Source: Takakia lepidozioides (lineage: Eukaryota; Plantae; Bryophyta). From it: a stretch of DNA of 64,000 nt. The stretch spans positions 59,272,001-59,336,000 of the forward strand of contig CM060733.1 of NCBI GenBank assembly GCA_030704615.1. Direction: 5' to 3'. Under the pieces are notes generated by a model. It had not been told where the DNA came from. It searched no databases and was given only the letters and a program-made list of their open reading frames with translations. Below, piece by piece: positions 1 through 13,935 of the stretch (position 1 is the first letter of the stretch; the number at the start of each line of letters is the position of its first letter). Position numbers and translations under genes: made by a program.

Positions 1-8
1 ACAACTTA

Positions 9-829
9 TTAGTCAACTGGTTTTATGAATGAACTAGTAGACAGAGCTAGGGAAGGAATACTTACAGCATACATGTAGTCGCAGAAAGCCTCCCTGGTCA
101 GCTTGTACCATGTGTCGGCGGATTTGGAGGTCTCGCACTTCTTGTAAGCCTCAGCACTGATAAGGTTTTTGAAGGTGACCATTGGCATTTGGCCCACCTT
201 CTGTATCCTGAATAGAGTGTGGACCAAATTCGTCGTCACGTGTGCACTTTCGGTTCCCCTGGAGTCCCACACAAACACTATGACTGCCTCCTTCACTAGG
301 AAATACAAAACAGACAGAACAAATCGGAGAGTTTTGATGGCATGAAGGGTGAGCATTATACTTACTTGTTGATGTCATGCATAGCCGTCAGAAGTGCTGT
401 GACGTTTCCTTTCGGATCCAGCACCATGGACGCCACAAGGAAGTGCCACTCCTCGTCTGTGTTGTGATATTTGTTTATGACGTTCATCCAGGTCATGAAG
501 CGGTGATTGCCATCCCAAATATGAAACATTTTCCCGGAGAACACCTGTGTAGACAGTCTCCTCGAAATCTGGGCTTCGAACTCCTCGTTTATTTCTCGCC
601 ATATTGGATCCCATCTTTTCACAATTGACTTGTCCACCAAGACCTCGTTTCCATTGGCATCGCACAAGGACACGTAAAACACGGGAGACCCCTCTATGTA
701 TCCATGACTAAAATCTTGCTCCAACTTGGACACATCCCCGGTCAGGGCAGGTCGAACGATTGGCATTGATATTAGGCGGCAGAGAGGGATCATAATCTTG
801 CCTCCAGGTACCTGCATAGACTTGATCAT
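9..829 (-). CDS. Spliced gene with ParB/sulfiredoxin-like domain, probably TE cargo; 3' part may run off the window
   Basis: ORF 362..829 has the motif FHIWDGNHR (ParB/Srx-type DGxHR). A GTAAG...CTAG intron at ~365-296 joins it to ORF 9..356. Confidence 0.5.
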
Positions 830-1389
830 CTACGCGGAATTGACCTTCTGGAACGCAGTGGAACCTAAGACGGAGAAAATTACAGTTCAGTGGGCAGATT
901 CGCTAAGTCAAACACTTATTGTGGATTTTCCTCGCGATAGAGCCATCTACGTTGCACCATCTCTATGCGTAACCTATTTCCTACCCAAGACTATCAGGGT
1001 CTACAGTTGTCCCAAGCTTTTAGTAATTTGAGTGTCAGCACACCTCGTTCAAGCCCCTACTTTGTGCCATGGGTCCCATTTACTCATTTTGAATGGGAAC
1101 CCTTCCGTGGTATTGCATTGATAGGCCTCTTGTGGGAGACCTCATTGTGTTTAAAGTTCCACGCAGCACTCATCCCTAAGAGTTAAGGTAGGAGTGCAGC
1201 TACGGCGTGAGCCTAGCCGCATGAGCCCAGGAGCTTGGCTCACGCTTTGCCCTCTAAGCGTGAGCCCAGGGGTTTAGTGGAAGGAAGAAGCAGGCCCCAT
1301 ACCCGAGTCATCTGTTTAGAGAGGGTCCTATTGTCGTGGAAGCAGTTATAGCGCTTAAAAAAAGAGGTATAGAAAGAATGGAATGGTCA

Positions 1390-2790
1390 TTGTGAAACTA
1401 ACTGAGGTTTTCTTATTGAAGAAGAGGTGAAAAAAAAAGGTTGGGTGAGTCATCATGAATCTTACTTAGGGATTCTTGCATAAACAAGAGGCAAGAAAAG
1501 TTTGGATGCTCATTGTCAAGCTATCTGACGTTTCCAGTATTTCATCCATGGTGGATGGATGATGGATGGATGAAATATTGAAGGAGAGGTTAAAAATAAT
1601 GAGGACGGGCAAGAACAGGCCCCAAAATATGACCCCTCATTGTGAACAGGCAATGGTTTTTGTTAATGTAGATGAGGTGAAAATTAAACAGGTGGTCATC
1701 TTCAAGCTTATTTAGGCTTTGTTTGTGAAGAAGATGTGTAACAAAATGAGCGGTTTATTGTGGAACTTGTTCAGGTTTGTGTTATTGAAGATGAGGTGAA
1801 AAAAAAACACATGGTCATTGTGATTGCTTATTTAGGGTGTCTTTGTGAAGAAGAGGTAAAAAAAAACATTGAGCTATCCTTGTGAAACTTGTTTAGGATT
1901 TTGTTATTGAAGAAGAGGTGAAAAAAAAATCAGATGGTCATCATGAATGCTTATATAGGGTTTGTTTGTGAAGAAGAGGTGAAAAAAAAAGTTAAGCTCT
2001 ATCATTGTCAAACTTGTTCAGGTTTCTGTTATTGAAGAAGAGGTGAAAAAAGAAATCTGATGGTCATTATGAATGTTTATTTAGGGTTTGTTTGTGAAGA
2101 AGAGGTGAAAAAAAAAGTTGAGCTCTATACTTCTTCAGGTTTATGTTATTGAAGAAGAGGTGAAAAAAAATCATATGGTCATCATGAATGCTTATTTAGG
2201 GTTTGTTTGTATAGAGGACGTGGAAAACAAATGAGCTCTATCATTGTCAATCTTGTTCAGGTTTCTGTTGATGAAAAAAAGGTGAATAAAAAATCAAATG
2301 TCATCATGAATAAATTAGGGATTGTTTGTGAAGAAGAGGTGAAAAAAAAACTTGAGCTTTATCATTGTCAAACTTCTTCAGGTTTCTGTTATTGAAGAAG
2401 AGGTGAAAAAAAACCAGATGGTCATCATGAATGCTTATTTAGGGTTTGTTTGTGAAGAAGAGGTGAAAAAAATTGAGCTCTATCACTGTCAATCTTGTTC
2501 AGGTTTCTGTCGATGAAAAAGAGGTGAATAAAAAATCAGATGTCATCATGAATAAATTAGGGTTTGTTTATGAAGAAGAGGTGAAAAAAAAATCGTACGG
2601 TCATCATGAATGCTTATTTAGGGTTTGTTTGTATAGAGGACGTGGAAAACAAATGAGTTGTCATTGTGAAACTTGTTCAGGTGCCTGTTATTCAAGAAGA
2701 AGTGGAAAAAAAAACAGATGGTCATCATGAAGCTCATTTACGTAATGCTTCTGTAGAGGTCGTGAAAAAATAAAATGAGCTTTCATACTG
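1390..2790. repeat. Tandem satellite, ~61-bp monomer arranged as a ~122-bp dimer
   Basis: GAAGAAGAGGTGAAAAAAAA recurs about every 61 bp. It alternates with GAGCTCTATCATTGTCAAACTTGTTCAGG and GATGGTCATCATGAATGCTTATTTAGGG. Confidence 0.85.
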
Positions 2791-3064
2791 GCACTTGTCC
2801 ATGTTTGGCAGGCCCGCGAACAAAAAAAAGACCTTTTTTTTTTTTTTTTTTTTTGGGGCCCGTGGCAATATTGTGGGTGGGGGCAGAAGTGGTGTGCGTT
2901 GACGCACTCAATTTTAGAGGCTCGTTAACCAAACCCGATGAAAAAATAAACTACCTTTCATAACGAGACATCGTCTGTTTGTCCAGATTTAAGAACTGTG
3001 TATACATGTTCTACAAACAAGGCAACCCTTTCTAACTTTGCGAAAAATCGCAACATATGCAACA

Positions 3065-5345
3065 CTACTCGATATTGCCAATGTCTCGCTGCAAAAGTGT
3101 CCGTACCTCACCAAGACCTAGTGTCGCCTGGTGAATGATTTGGTCTCTTATGGGATCACAATACATCCTGCGCAAAAAGATGTAGTAAAGATGCTTGCAA
3201 GGAACCCATTTCCCTCTCTTTCCTAGAGCTTCCTCACGCATGCACACGAAGTCGGGACAGGTACACCCCGGAAAATTTCCCACCGTCACCTGATAGGCCC
3301 TGTCGTGCAAAACAGACCCAAATGTGACCAAAGTATAAACCCGTCCATACCCAGGTGAAGGTACTTCCATAGTTCTTGTTACTCGAGCCTGAAGGAGTCT
3401 GGCCGATTCCACCTTCGCATCATGATCAGGCCCCGAAGCCACCCGATGCACTGTTTTGCCATTCCCTCTCGTGGGATGTGAAGTATCGTCTGGAGGAGGC
3501 ACCATAGCAACAAGGCCACCAAGAGTCGACGCCACATATCGGTGCAGACAAAAGCCGACGTCCTCCAACTTGCCAATCTCCAGTGCCCAGCCGCATTGGC
3601 CAAATGGTGGGTGGGGGAGGCTTAGCAATGCAGGAGTCGCGGACAGTACCATTCACACAGCAAGCCATATCATCCGGGCAGAACCAGAATTTGTGCGTCT
3701 TCGACTCCTTTGACATATATGGCCGAATCAAACTTGTGAACGTCGGAGCTGGAGTACCCGTTGAGCCTTTGGCTATCCTGGACTTACACTTTTCATAACT
3801 AATGGTCCTCACTGCAGCGCAGCCAACTCTAGACCCTGGAGTAGTTCGCTCGATGTGCCATTCGAAGTCAGCACAAGGTGACTCCTGCACTGCCCCCCTG
3901 TGGTCCTGCTGGAAACCCGCAATTACAGGGGTTGCAGATAGAGGACAGGTCTTTGTGGAAGAGGATGCACCAGCAGCCTCTTTCCTACTGGACGCCATGC
4001 TTTGTAGTGGAGAAATCTTGGGTACAGAGAAGTTGTCTATTTCATGGCGATGTGAATCCTCATCTGATCCTGGAGGTGTATTTAGCTTGCATTTGCAAAT
4101 CCCGAACCTTTCCTCTCCTTCCAGATGGGGCTCCCTTGATTGGAGAGGTGAGCCCATTGTGCACCTGTTCACTGCCTTTGCCATCTTCGTTGGATCGAGC
4201 TCGTATCAGATCATCTGTTGTAGCAATGTACAGATCTCTTCCTGCTTTGCCAGATTGCTGAACACTTTCTGCCAGGTTGCAGGACGGCATGTCCGCAATG
4301 TTCTCAAGGGACATGTTCTGTGAAAGGAAAATGAAAGAGCGTCATTCATGCAAGCGCGGACTGTTCTAGGCTCGAATCATGGTTTTGCAACGGTGAGTAA
4401 TGTAGTATATGCGAGCAGGGCAATGTGCAATGCATGAGGGGGCCACCTTGCAGAACTTACAAACAAATGTACTGGCAGACGGTGGGGCACAACCTGGGAT
4501 AAAAGGATTGTCGGAGAGTCCTTCCCGCTCACTCTCATTTTTAGCACCGCTCTTCGTGAAACACAGGCAACTTCCATTCACACATCTCAAATGCCCAACA
4601 CAAACGCTCCTTCTGAATGTCAAGTTAACATTGTTGTGGATATTGGACGTTTTGGTTCTGCACCATGGATGGCCGTCATGCTTTTTATCCATTCCTTGCA
4701 AGAGACCTGCGAGACCCCTAGCACAAGTTGATGGATTCAGTTCAAAGAGGATGTCACCGCCGAAGGAAGGTGGAAGGAATGGAACCCTTTTTGTTGCGAA
4801 TGAATCCCACAGTATCCCTGCGATCTCGTTTTTGGATCCTGGTTTTCCTGACAATGCTTTAAGATGTGGGATGATGCTTACGATTTCCTGAACATCGACG
4901 TCCCCTTCAGGAAGACGGTTCATGGGAGCCAGTATTTCCGCGAATTCATCATCCGAGGAATCCGACAGTGTGACAAAAGTTGTTGAAGTGGTGTCCTCCT
5001 GCTTCACAGTCACATGCCGCTTTCCTTGAATGACAGAGGCAGTTGTCCCAGGAGTCAGAATGGAGCCACCGGATTGTCTCCTTCCACTTCGGAACACGCG
5101 ATATTTTCCAGGAAGAACTCTCTATTCCTTGTGTTTCTGTGCAACATGCGGTTTCTGGAACAACGTTCTTTGAACGTTTCCCTCCAAGTCATAAATCTCT
5201 TTCTCGACAGAAACACAGCCAATGTCAAGCTTGAACCTTGCTGCCAGAACATGCTCCTCCACCACAGCAAAACCATCATCTTCAACCGCGGCACTGAAAG
5301 GACAAGGTTCTTCAGTATACTGAAACTCGGCGAAGGCCACGTCAT
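3065..5345 (-). pseudogene. Disrupted gene with GCM-like Cys-rich domain and C-terminal SWIM zinc finger (transposon-associated)
   Basis: 3065..3652 has GCTCPDF...VPCKHLYY (SWIM CxC...CxH). 4366..5097 has CVGHLRCVNGSC...CKFC...HCPARIYY (GCM-like). The pieces are split by frameshifts and stops. Confidence 0.55.
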
Positions 5346-6107
5346 TAGGAGAAGTCATGTGGTAAAGATACGATGGTGAGTACCAATACAACTGTGCGAC
5401 ATGGACAGTTAAAAACCTTCCGGAGGCAATTGCCACATCCCAAAAGTGTTTGCTAAGGCAAGAGGTAGTTGTACAATTGGCCCCACACATCAACCAATAA
5501 CGGTCAAGGGTATTGAACCACACCACCAAAACAGTTGGGCAGTTGCCAAATTGATGGAGAAGGGAACAAAACTGTTTATTTTGTCAGTGTCACACTAGCG
5601 GGAAAAGACGGCGCCATCTTGGATATAACAATCCAATGTGCGTTTTACAGCGTTCCACAACGTCAACCGGACAGTGCATTGAGTGCCGAACCCGGGCAAT
5701 ATCCGACGCCCGATGAACGCGGGCATGGCGTTCTTGATGTTATGTACGTTTTCTGTTCGAAGAAGGCAAAATCCGTGTTCGATAGGGCGATGACATGTCT
5801 CATGTGCGCAATATTTCATCCAAATCACCAAACATCCACATTTGAAGAAAACGGCTTTATTGATGGCAATAGGGGCGCCAAATAAACCGCAGCCAGTGAG
5901 AGCGATCCATTTGGGGGCTTAGAAGGCAGACACGCACGTCCTTAACCACATGCATAACTGACGGCTTAAGAGGGTTCCATACTTTCTCTATTGTTGTTAG
6001 TCAAGCTGGAGAGCTGCGGGAGTGAGAGAGAAGACATAGGAAGAAGACGTAGAAGGCAGTCCCTTTACTTCACGAGTGCGAGAGAGAGGAAAAACGCGCG
6101 AGTCAGA

Positions 6108-8300
6108 ATGAGAAAGTTGCACAATCTGCAAAACACTGATGAGCAGGTTGCACAGGATACGTCCACCCAGGAATCACAACAGATGACAGAGGAGGTCCAG
6201 CCTCAAATGGAGGGAAGAAGGGAAGGGGAGGAGAGTGCCCCGGAGACCATTGTGCATGACATGGACATCGACACCACCGTCGGTGAGAAAGAAGCGACAC
6301 CAAAGAAGGCGGTGAGGACGCAGCAAGAAGAGGCATCGGGAAGTGGTGTCATGAAACCCAAGGTGATCATTCTCCCAATCTGCATGAATCAGCTCGCTTG
6401 ACTGTCGTATCAAGTGCATAGACAGGATACGAGAGATCCCCTGAAAATTGGGTGCGGCAGCGCACTCAGTTTTGAGGGGAGCTCTATCACTTCCATTGTG
6501 GGCCGAGGTGAATACGTAAGTCTTAGAGGTAGCAGGATCTGCAATGGAAGCCTGAGAGGGACACGGGGAAACTGAGTGCGGTGGCGCACTCATTTCAAAT
6601 GGATGCTAGGAGATCGCTTGGGCATTAGGGAAAGAGGAAGGTGATGTTCACAGTTTAGGTCCAAGAGATAGTGGAGTGGTCACCCAGAACTGAGTGCGCC
6701 ACCGCACTCAATTTCTGAGCACCATGGAATCATTGAGTTGCTATTGACTGAGGTGAACGATAGATAGAAAGTGTGTTTATTCCATAGTGAGATCTCTTAT
6801 GAATTCTGAGAATCACATTAAGTCTAACCTGGAAACTGAGTGCGGTGGCGCACACAGTTCTGAGGTGTGATCGACAATCTTTTTGGACAGACGTGAAGAG
6901 ATGGTCAGTTTGCGTATGAGAGAGGTGAAACGATAGTTAGAAAGTGTGTTTCATTCAAAGTGAGATCTCTTTTGAGTTTTCAGATAGACAGAAAAACGAT
7001 AACCTTGAAACTGAGTACGGTGGCGCACTCAGTTTTGAGGTGAGGTTGACCATGTACGTGGACGGAGGTAAAGACCCTGGTGTGCTCGCAACATAAAGCA
7101 GGCAGACAAAGTGGAGGGCTCCTAGGAATGAGTGCGCCAGCGCACTCCATTCTCCCCTGAGGTCGACCATGTACGTGGACAGAGGTAAAGTCCCTTGTGT
7201 GCTTGCAACAGAAAGCAGGCAGACAAAGTGGAGGGCTCCCAGAAATGAGTGCGCCAGCGCACTCAGTTTTTTGAGCATCTGTAGATGGTTGATTTGATGA
7301 TGTCTGAGATGAACTATAAGGTGAAAATGATTGGGGAATTGGAAAGCATTCTTTTTTAGTTATGGGAAAAACATCAGAACACCCTGGAAACTGAGTGTGG
7401 TGGCGCACTCAATTTTAACAGTGGACTCCCAGATATTTGAAGACAGTAGATAGGTCGAAGTTGATTTGGAATCCGGTTTTTAGCTTAATACATATTTGTA
7501 CAGTTTTGAGTGTAGTGGCGCACTCAGTTTCTGCCTCTAGAATGGAGCACACAATGTGGAAGTGGAAGTGCCAAAAGAGCCATTGACTGAGTAGAGATGG
7601 AGTGCCTGCAATGAACATGATTTATAGATGTCATGGAAGGTGTCCAAAAAATGAGTGCGCCACCGCACTCAATTCCGGTTGACAGGAAAGGACGGTTATG
7701 TATGTTGTTTTGGAGTACTGATGTTTGTCTGTTCCGATCCTTTGTCAGTCTCGAAAGTGAGTGCGCCACCGCACTCAATTCTTGTAGGTGCAAGATCAGG
7801 AAAATGTAGCTGTGGAATGACGGAAAGGTTGTATTTGTGGCAGGTGCAGGGGAGGAAAAGAAAAGGATTGCAGTCTGAGAAGCAGCAGCAGCAGGCAGTG
7901 ACTGAGAAGCCTGTTGAAGAAGATGATCCTTTCTACGAAGAGCGAGCGGCAAAGGTCACTTCATGCAAGATCGCTCGCAGATTCCTGCATGTAGACAACA
8001 CATTTTAGTTACACGAAGAAGGGAATTGGGTCTTAAAAATCTTTTCTCTGAATTGTAAAATTGTTCTTGCGCAGATAGAGGCTCGGGCACAGCTGGTGCT
8101 GGAGAAGCAGCTGAACGATTACAAGATAACTATGACTCCACCAACGGATACTCTAGAAGACTACGTCCGCCAGTGGAAAGCAGCTTGCTTCGACACTTGC
8201 TTCTTCAGGGAGTTCGCCAAAGAGGGAGGCATCTCGCGCACTAACGACTTCGAGCAACAGCATGCATCAGAATAGGCCATGAAGAGGGTTCTATACAGGT
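6108..8300 (+). other. Possible spliced gene remnant of unknown product
   Basis: Coding-like E/Q/K-rich segments at 6108-6400, ~7790-7950 and ~8075-8300, with AG acceptors near 7788, 7842 and 8074. No recognisable domain. Confidence 0.25.
6444..7780. repeat. Array of 11 palindromic ~27-bp repeats (AACTGAGTGCG-N4-CGCACTCAGTT)
   Basis: CGCAC anchors at 6461, 6585, 6703, 6849, 7024, 7141, 7258, 7404, 7519, 7664 and 7770. Confidence 0.85.
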
Positions 8301-9725
8301 TCGTCCTGACACTCTTTTTCCACCCTTCGTTCCTGTCTCACGAAGTTTCGATGTCGTTGCAGTCCTGCTTTGTTGAATAAACAGTCCCAAAACTGTGTGC
8401 GCTGACTACATTTGTGTCAATATACAGGACATGACAGTGAGAGTGCATGGACTATACCTTAGTCATAGTTCAATCACTTTATATTGAATTGCATGGATTC
8501 CTAGTCCCTATTGCTATGATGCCCCATCCTCTTTTTTGCAATTGTCATTGTCATGCGTCCATCTACTGTACTGTTAGATTAGTCACATATGTTGTTAGTA
8601 TGTATGGTATCTTGTATGAAGCAGCGATATGAATCCTCATGAGGCTGTTTATGTAGTCAAACTTAACATTGAAAGTGTGTTGTAGATCCTTTTGAGGATA
8701 TGAAGAGGTATGTCCACAACCCGCTTGCTGCCTCTATCTTGCCTTAACCTCCTTTGTGCTCAGTTTATTAGTGAAAGAGTTGCAATGTACCGGTTTTTGA
8801 GTAGGAGTGTTGATTACATATAAACTGTCAGTGGATGTTTGGTTGTCCAGTCTAAATGCATGACTTGCACATTGATTTATCCTTTCGTGCATGTTATAGT
8901 CCTTGAAGTATTCAAGTCATTCCAGTGATGTCAATTTCCATGTTTCATTAATATTTGACAATCCTTTTGCCATACTAAATGGTCATTTGACTGCTGAGAC
9001 CTTTCACGTATCTTTTTTATTTGTTTAGTCCTTTGTTTGTTGAGTCATTCAATTGTCATATCCTTTACTTATTTAATAGTTCATGAGTCCTGTAGTTCAT
9101 GAGATGTTGAGGTCCTGCAATCATAGTCATTGATCTACTATTATCCTTCCAATCCATATACTTAATTTTGTCCTTGTCCTGCAACACGATACCTTCCTTT
9201 CAACAATGCATCCTAAGGTCACTTCACAGTCGTTTTCTTAGTGCTTAACATACCCTTCTGTCATGTCCTTCTCTTTAAGTCATTCAGATGCTTTCATTGT
9301 CTCATTGATCCTAGTCAAGGACATTCGTCATTCCATCATATCCATACTTTTTACTAGACTCACTACTGTCAACATCCCTACCATCGTACTTTGTCTTCAT
9401 TTCGCTTTGAGAGGTTGCTTTTGAGAGGTCACGCAGAGCATCATGCAACCCCTGATGTTGGCTTAACCATTTATTTGTTTTCATTGTTGTCTTTGTGTGT
9501 TGGAGGAGACTTGTCATGTTTTTGTATTTTGCCCTACAGAGCAAACATTTCCCTTCACATCATCCATCTTGAATGTCCTTACAGTATTGTCAGTACAATT
9601 TCCCCATTGGTATGTGCTATTCTGGCAATGTTGTTGCGCTAGCAATTTGTACCCGGCCTTCTTTGTGGGTTTTCTGACATGGTGCAACTGCTTGGTTGGT
9701 AGACTGAGTTCTTTTTGCAATTTCA

Positions 9726-11090
9726 GCAGAAAAAACCCTACAGTGAAGATCAGGCAGCGGGTGTTTGAGAGATTGAGACCCTATTTTGTGAAAAGATCGA
9801 AGGACAGAAATGTATGTTGTTGCAAGGCTCACGTTGAGATGGACGAGCTTAAGGTCGGCTACAACAACATGAGAACCGCGACCAAAGGTGTGCACAATAT
9901 GACTTGTGCATGTGTTTGCAAGGCTGTGTGCCATCGCTCACAAGGAGGTTGCAATGCCTTGTCTTTCCAATTCCAAGGTGTGACCTCCATGTGGGAATCA
10001 GTTGTTTGCCTTAAGAGGATTCAGTTGAGTGGCACAAAAAGAAGTGTTTGAAAGGTGAGTGTGACCTGTGTGGAGTTCGGAATTTGAGGGTCTGTCCAAA
10101 GGAGTTAGATGATAGGGAGGGTACCATGGTTGAGTGGAGGTGTTTTGGAAAGGAGCTCTCAGGAAAGACCAAGGAGGGTAGCCTCGGTATGCACTGAGAC
10201 TGTTCTGGAAAAGAACCAGCCCATCTGAACTTTTGGCATACCTAAGGCCAAAGCTCAAGAGCTTCATCAAGCACAACTTCACTGCCCGTTGGCAAGACCA
10301 GCAATTCAAGGATTGCCTGAAAAACTTGCCAAATGGAGCAATTCTTTCAATTGTCGACTTCGCTGAAAACTACTCTTTCCAGGATCAAAATGAGGTTCAA
10401 TCACAACACTGGTTCAGTTTTCAGATTGCCATCTTTGTACACATCACGTACCGGAAAAATCCCCTAGCAGACCCTGAAGAACCAAGCACTCGCCTCATCA
10501 AAGTGATTCACTACTACGTGTCCGATGATACCCATGACACCCTCTTTGTCCAGCACTGATTCAATCTACACTACAATCACTTGCTTGAGATTGGTGTTGA
10601 GTGGGGACAACACATTGTATGGTCTGATGGCTGTGCAGCCCAGTTCAAGGGAGCCAGGTGTTGGTATTATGCCGCTAGATACGTTGTGATGACCAGAAAA
10701 CCCATGATGTGGAATTTTTTTGGGTCTGGCCATGGAAAGGGAGAGCATGATGGAGCCGGTGCCGTGGTGAAGCGCCAGACAGCTTGTCCCATATGGTGTG
10801 AAACTTCAGAATGCTACCGATGATGTTACATTCCTAAGGATGAGGTTGGGAGGAGGTAGGCCTCCCTCTTCCTACTCAAAGGCAAGATTGGAAGTTCATA
10901 GGGTTTTTTGGGATGTTGGTCGCGATGATGTTGAGCGGGGAAAGCAGTGGGACTGCAGCACTGTCAAGGGAAGTCAGAGCATGCATAGTGTATAAGCAAG
11001 TGACCTCATCAATCCTACTAACATAAAGACAAGATACATGTCTTGCTTTTGCGCTTCATGTTTGGATGGGCATTTCCTGATTCCGAGAAT
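9726..11090 (+). pseudogene. DDE transposase pseudogene, Sola2-type
   Basis: Motifs RPYFVK...CCCKAH, IVDFAENYSFQDQNEVQSQHW, WSDGCAAQFKG and FFGSGHGKGEHDGAGAVVKR, spread over frameshifted ORFs 9497..10051, 10233..10559, 10581..10823 and 10798..10995. Confidence 0.65.
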
Positions 11091-11375
11091 ATTCCTTGGA
11101 TTATGCTATGCTCATTTGCTCATGCTCACCGCTCATGTAAAATCCACACCCTCAACTGCAATTCCATCACTCATTAGGATAGGTGTAACGGAAGCACCTT
11201 GAACCTGGATTGCTAAGCCAAACTGTGTCCCACTCACATATCAATTTTTTTTCAGATGGACAATCTTGCTTGAAGATCAACCCCCCCCCCCCCCCAATTC
11301 TCCAACATCACTTTTGAACCATTGTATGATACGACCTTCTTGCTTAAAATTTGAACCTCACTACTCCTACTACTG

Positions 11376-12858
11376 TCACTCTTTGATTTCAGACTTCTTG
11401 GTAGGTGCAAAATCCATACCCTTGCTTTCATGCATCTTTACCTTAACTTTCGTCTCAGGACTGCACTTCTCAATTTTTACTGTTGCCAAGAGTGGAGGAG
11501 GTGTTGCCAGGAGTGGAGGTGTTGGCAGAGGTCCCGTCCTTGCATATCCATCGGGATCCTTCAGTCCTGGTGGTGATGTACTACCCAAGATTGGGGTGAA
11601 AGCCGACCCAATGTTCTCGTCTCCCTCTGCTTCAGCAGGGGTTGCTGTGGCGGTGTTCAATGGGAGGTTGCGCCCATAAGTATTCGGAAGCATGATGCCA
11701 TGACCTGCACATAGGAGAATGGCCACATCAGAATTTCGGCCGCGCTCCCTATGTTGTACAACCAATCCTAAATCCACCTACAATTTGAGATACTTCTAGG
11801 ATTTGTGAGGGGTGACAGCAATACCCTCAAGCTCAGACTCCAGCCAGGAAGGGAATGTCCGTTCATCACTGCTCTTTTGCCTCTTTCGAGGCGGTGTTCT
11901 TTTTTTTTCACTCCTATGCTTGTGGTCCTTGTGCCTATCTTTCGCCCCTTGAACTGCTACTGGCTCCATGTAGGGTGGGGGGATTTCCCTCTGCAAGCAC
12001 TGTTTGCTAAGGTAATGGTGGAACCACAGCCAATTTCCTGTCCTTGTTCGTCAGCTGACCCAAAATCAATGGGTCTGAACTGGTCTCACAGAAAGATCCG
12101 CAGCCAACTTCACACGCGGTAGTGCTGCTAGAGGACCTGTAATGGCTATTAAACGGATCCTCCTTGCATAATTCTGATGTTTCAATATTCCACTTAAAGG
12201 CAAGATGAATTCCAGTGGCTGTGTCTTTGCACATCTACGTCAAAGTTCACAGCTGAGCTGCCTCTGCTTCTATTCAGTCTGTACTTGTACCGGGTAGTAA
12301 TGTTCATGATTTGCCTAATATAGGTTGCATTTCTGCGTTGTATTTGTTTCTGCTGCATGTGCAGTGAACAACTATTTATATGGACACTGCTTGGCAGTTC
12401 ATCTATGAAGTGGGGCTTGATGCTGCGTCTCCTCTCTACACACAGTCACTCGTTACCATCTTTAAGTTGGCCTCCAGTGACTGATTGTGAATACTTAGAT
12501 TGTCAATCCTGCATTCCTCTAGATTATCAAAGATGGAAGGTGGAGGTGAAGCACCTCCCACAGTCCAACCCTCCAAATCCTTTCTTACAAGATGTTGGGG
12601 AAGCAGCATTCAGAGACTTGTCCCAGACTGAAAGCTCTTGGCTATTCTGGTGAGCTCATCCACCTACCATTGCGCAGTGAGTGAAGAAGTAGAAGGTTCA
12701 TTGCATGATTACTACAAGTTTCCCATTGCAAGATCTGGTAAACTAGAGCTTTATAGACCATTCCAAATAGTTTCATCCTTCGTGGCATCTGCTAGCTCTG
12801 CGTAGCGGGAAAGAGATCTACCTGGCTCGACCCTTGCAGGAGAAACTTCAGAGGTCAT
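11376..12858 (-). pseudogene. Degraded spliced gene of unknown function
   Basis: Consecutive minus-strand ORF pieces (12007..12234, 11796..11996, 11376..11777) with K/R-rich and P-rich segments. A candidate first exon MTSEVSPARVEP is followed by a GT donor near 12820. Confidence 0.25.
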
Positions 12859-13722
12859 GTTTAGACAAGGACAGACTTGGGACGTGCAAGAGAACAACAA
12901 TTGGTGCGAATGCAGTCTACACGAACAGGAAGGGCAAGAGAGTCAGAAAAGAAAGGCTTTGTTTGCCGTAGCCTTGTAGAAAAGAGAGAGAATAGGAAGG
13001 GAGGGCCGGGTGGGGGGTGGCAGTGGACAGAGTGAATCTCTTAATTATTCTCAACTGTTTCTTGACAGTAAATCACTTCCGTGCTTTATGTTACATAGAG
13101 ACGTCCACATCTACTATAGGGACAGGGCCAAAACTGAGCCCAAAATTCAAAAATGTAACTGGCAGACTACACTAGTACTACCATCCAATTTGAAGACAAC
13201 AACACCCAACAGGTCTGATGGTGCTTGGGGAGGCCAATTGGACTCCCCTAGTTACAAAAGACCTTCATCTCAATACCCTGGACATTTCCCATAAACACTT
13301 ACCCATGTACTTCATACTCACACTTCATTGAGGAGCACATTTCACCAAAGACCCCAAACCTCAAAACCTCATAGCCAAGGCAAAACTTCTGCTCACCCTT
13401 TTCTCATCGACTCTACTTTTTGCCTTTACCCTTCACATTTTTCTTCTTTCTCTCAAACACAATCTCTCCATGGTTTAGCACTAGGATGGTGGCAAGGTTG
13501 GAGAGAAATGATACTGAAAGGGATACCCAACAATGTCACATTCATTTGTATTTTTCTTTTCTACTGTAATTAATTAAGAGAGTCGGACTATAGGCAACAT
13601 TGTCAAAAACTGTGAAAGCTGTACAAAAATATTGGAAGAGGCTAAGCGAGATCATGAGAAACTTGAAAACTCTAAAAGCAAAGAATATTTCCTAAGGGAA
13701 ATAGAAAAAATATAAACTACTA

Positions 13723-13917
13723 TAATAAATGTATCAACTTTGGTTATTATATTTATGAATCACATATACTATTTATTGGTATGTACCGACAAAATTGGTA
13801 GGTTGTCATCATGTATTATAATTAAAACAAAACTTTATTTTAGATAAACCTTCATACATCCATTTGTAATGCACCGACATTCCTTTTTGAAATAAACCTT
13901 TACGTGTTAGTACCTAT
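13723..13917 (+). repeat. ~190-bp direct repeat D1 (partner at 24807-24994)
   Basis: TAATAAATGTATCAACTTTG...TTAGTACCTAT is shared with 24807-24994. Confidence 0.8.
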
Positions 13918-13935
13918 GTTAAAAATAGAAAAATA

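Noticed and set aside
2207-2730. Short ORFs in the satellite, and GC-rich ORFs at 38320-38833 and 62312-63225
   Set aside because: By-products of tandem or subterminal repeats with no protein motifs.
6444-7780. CRISPR array
   Set aside because: Spacers are 80-150 bp, some are homologous to each other, repeats flip orientation, there are no cas genes, and the context is eukaryotic.
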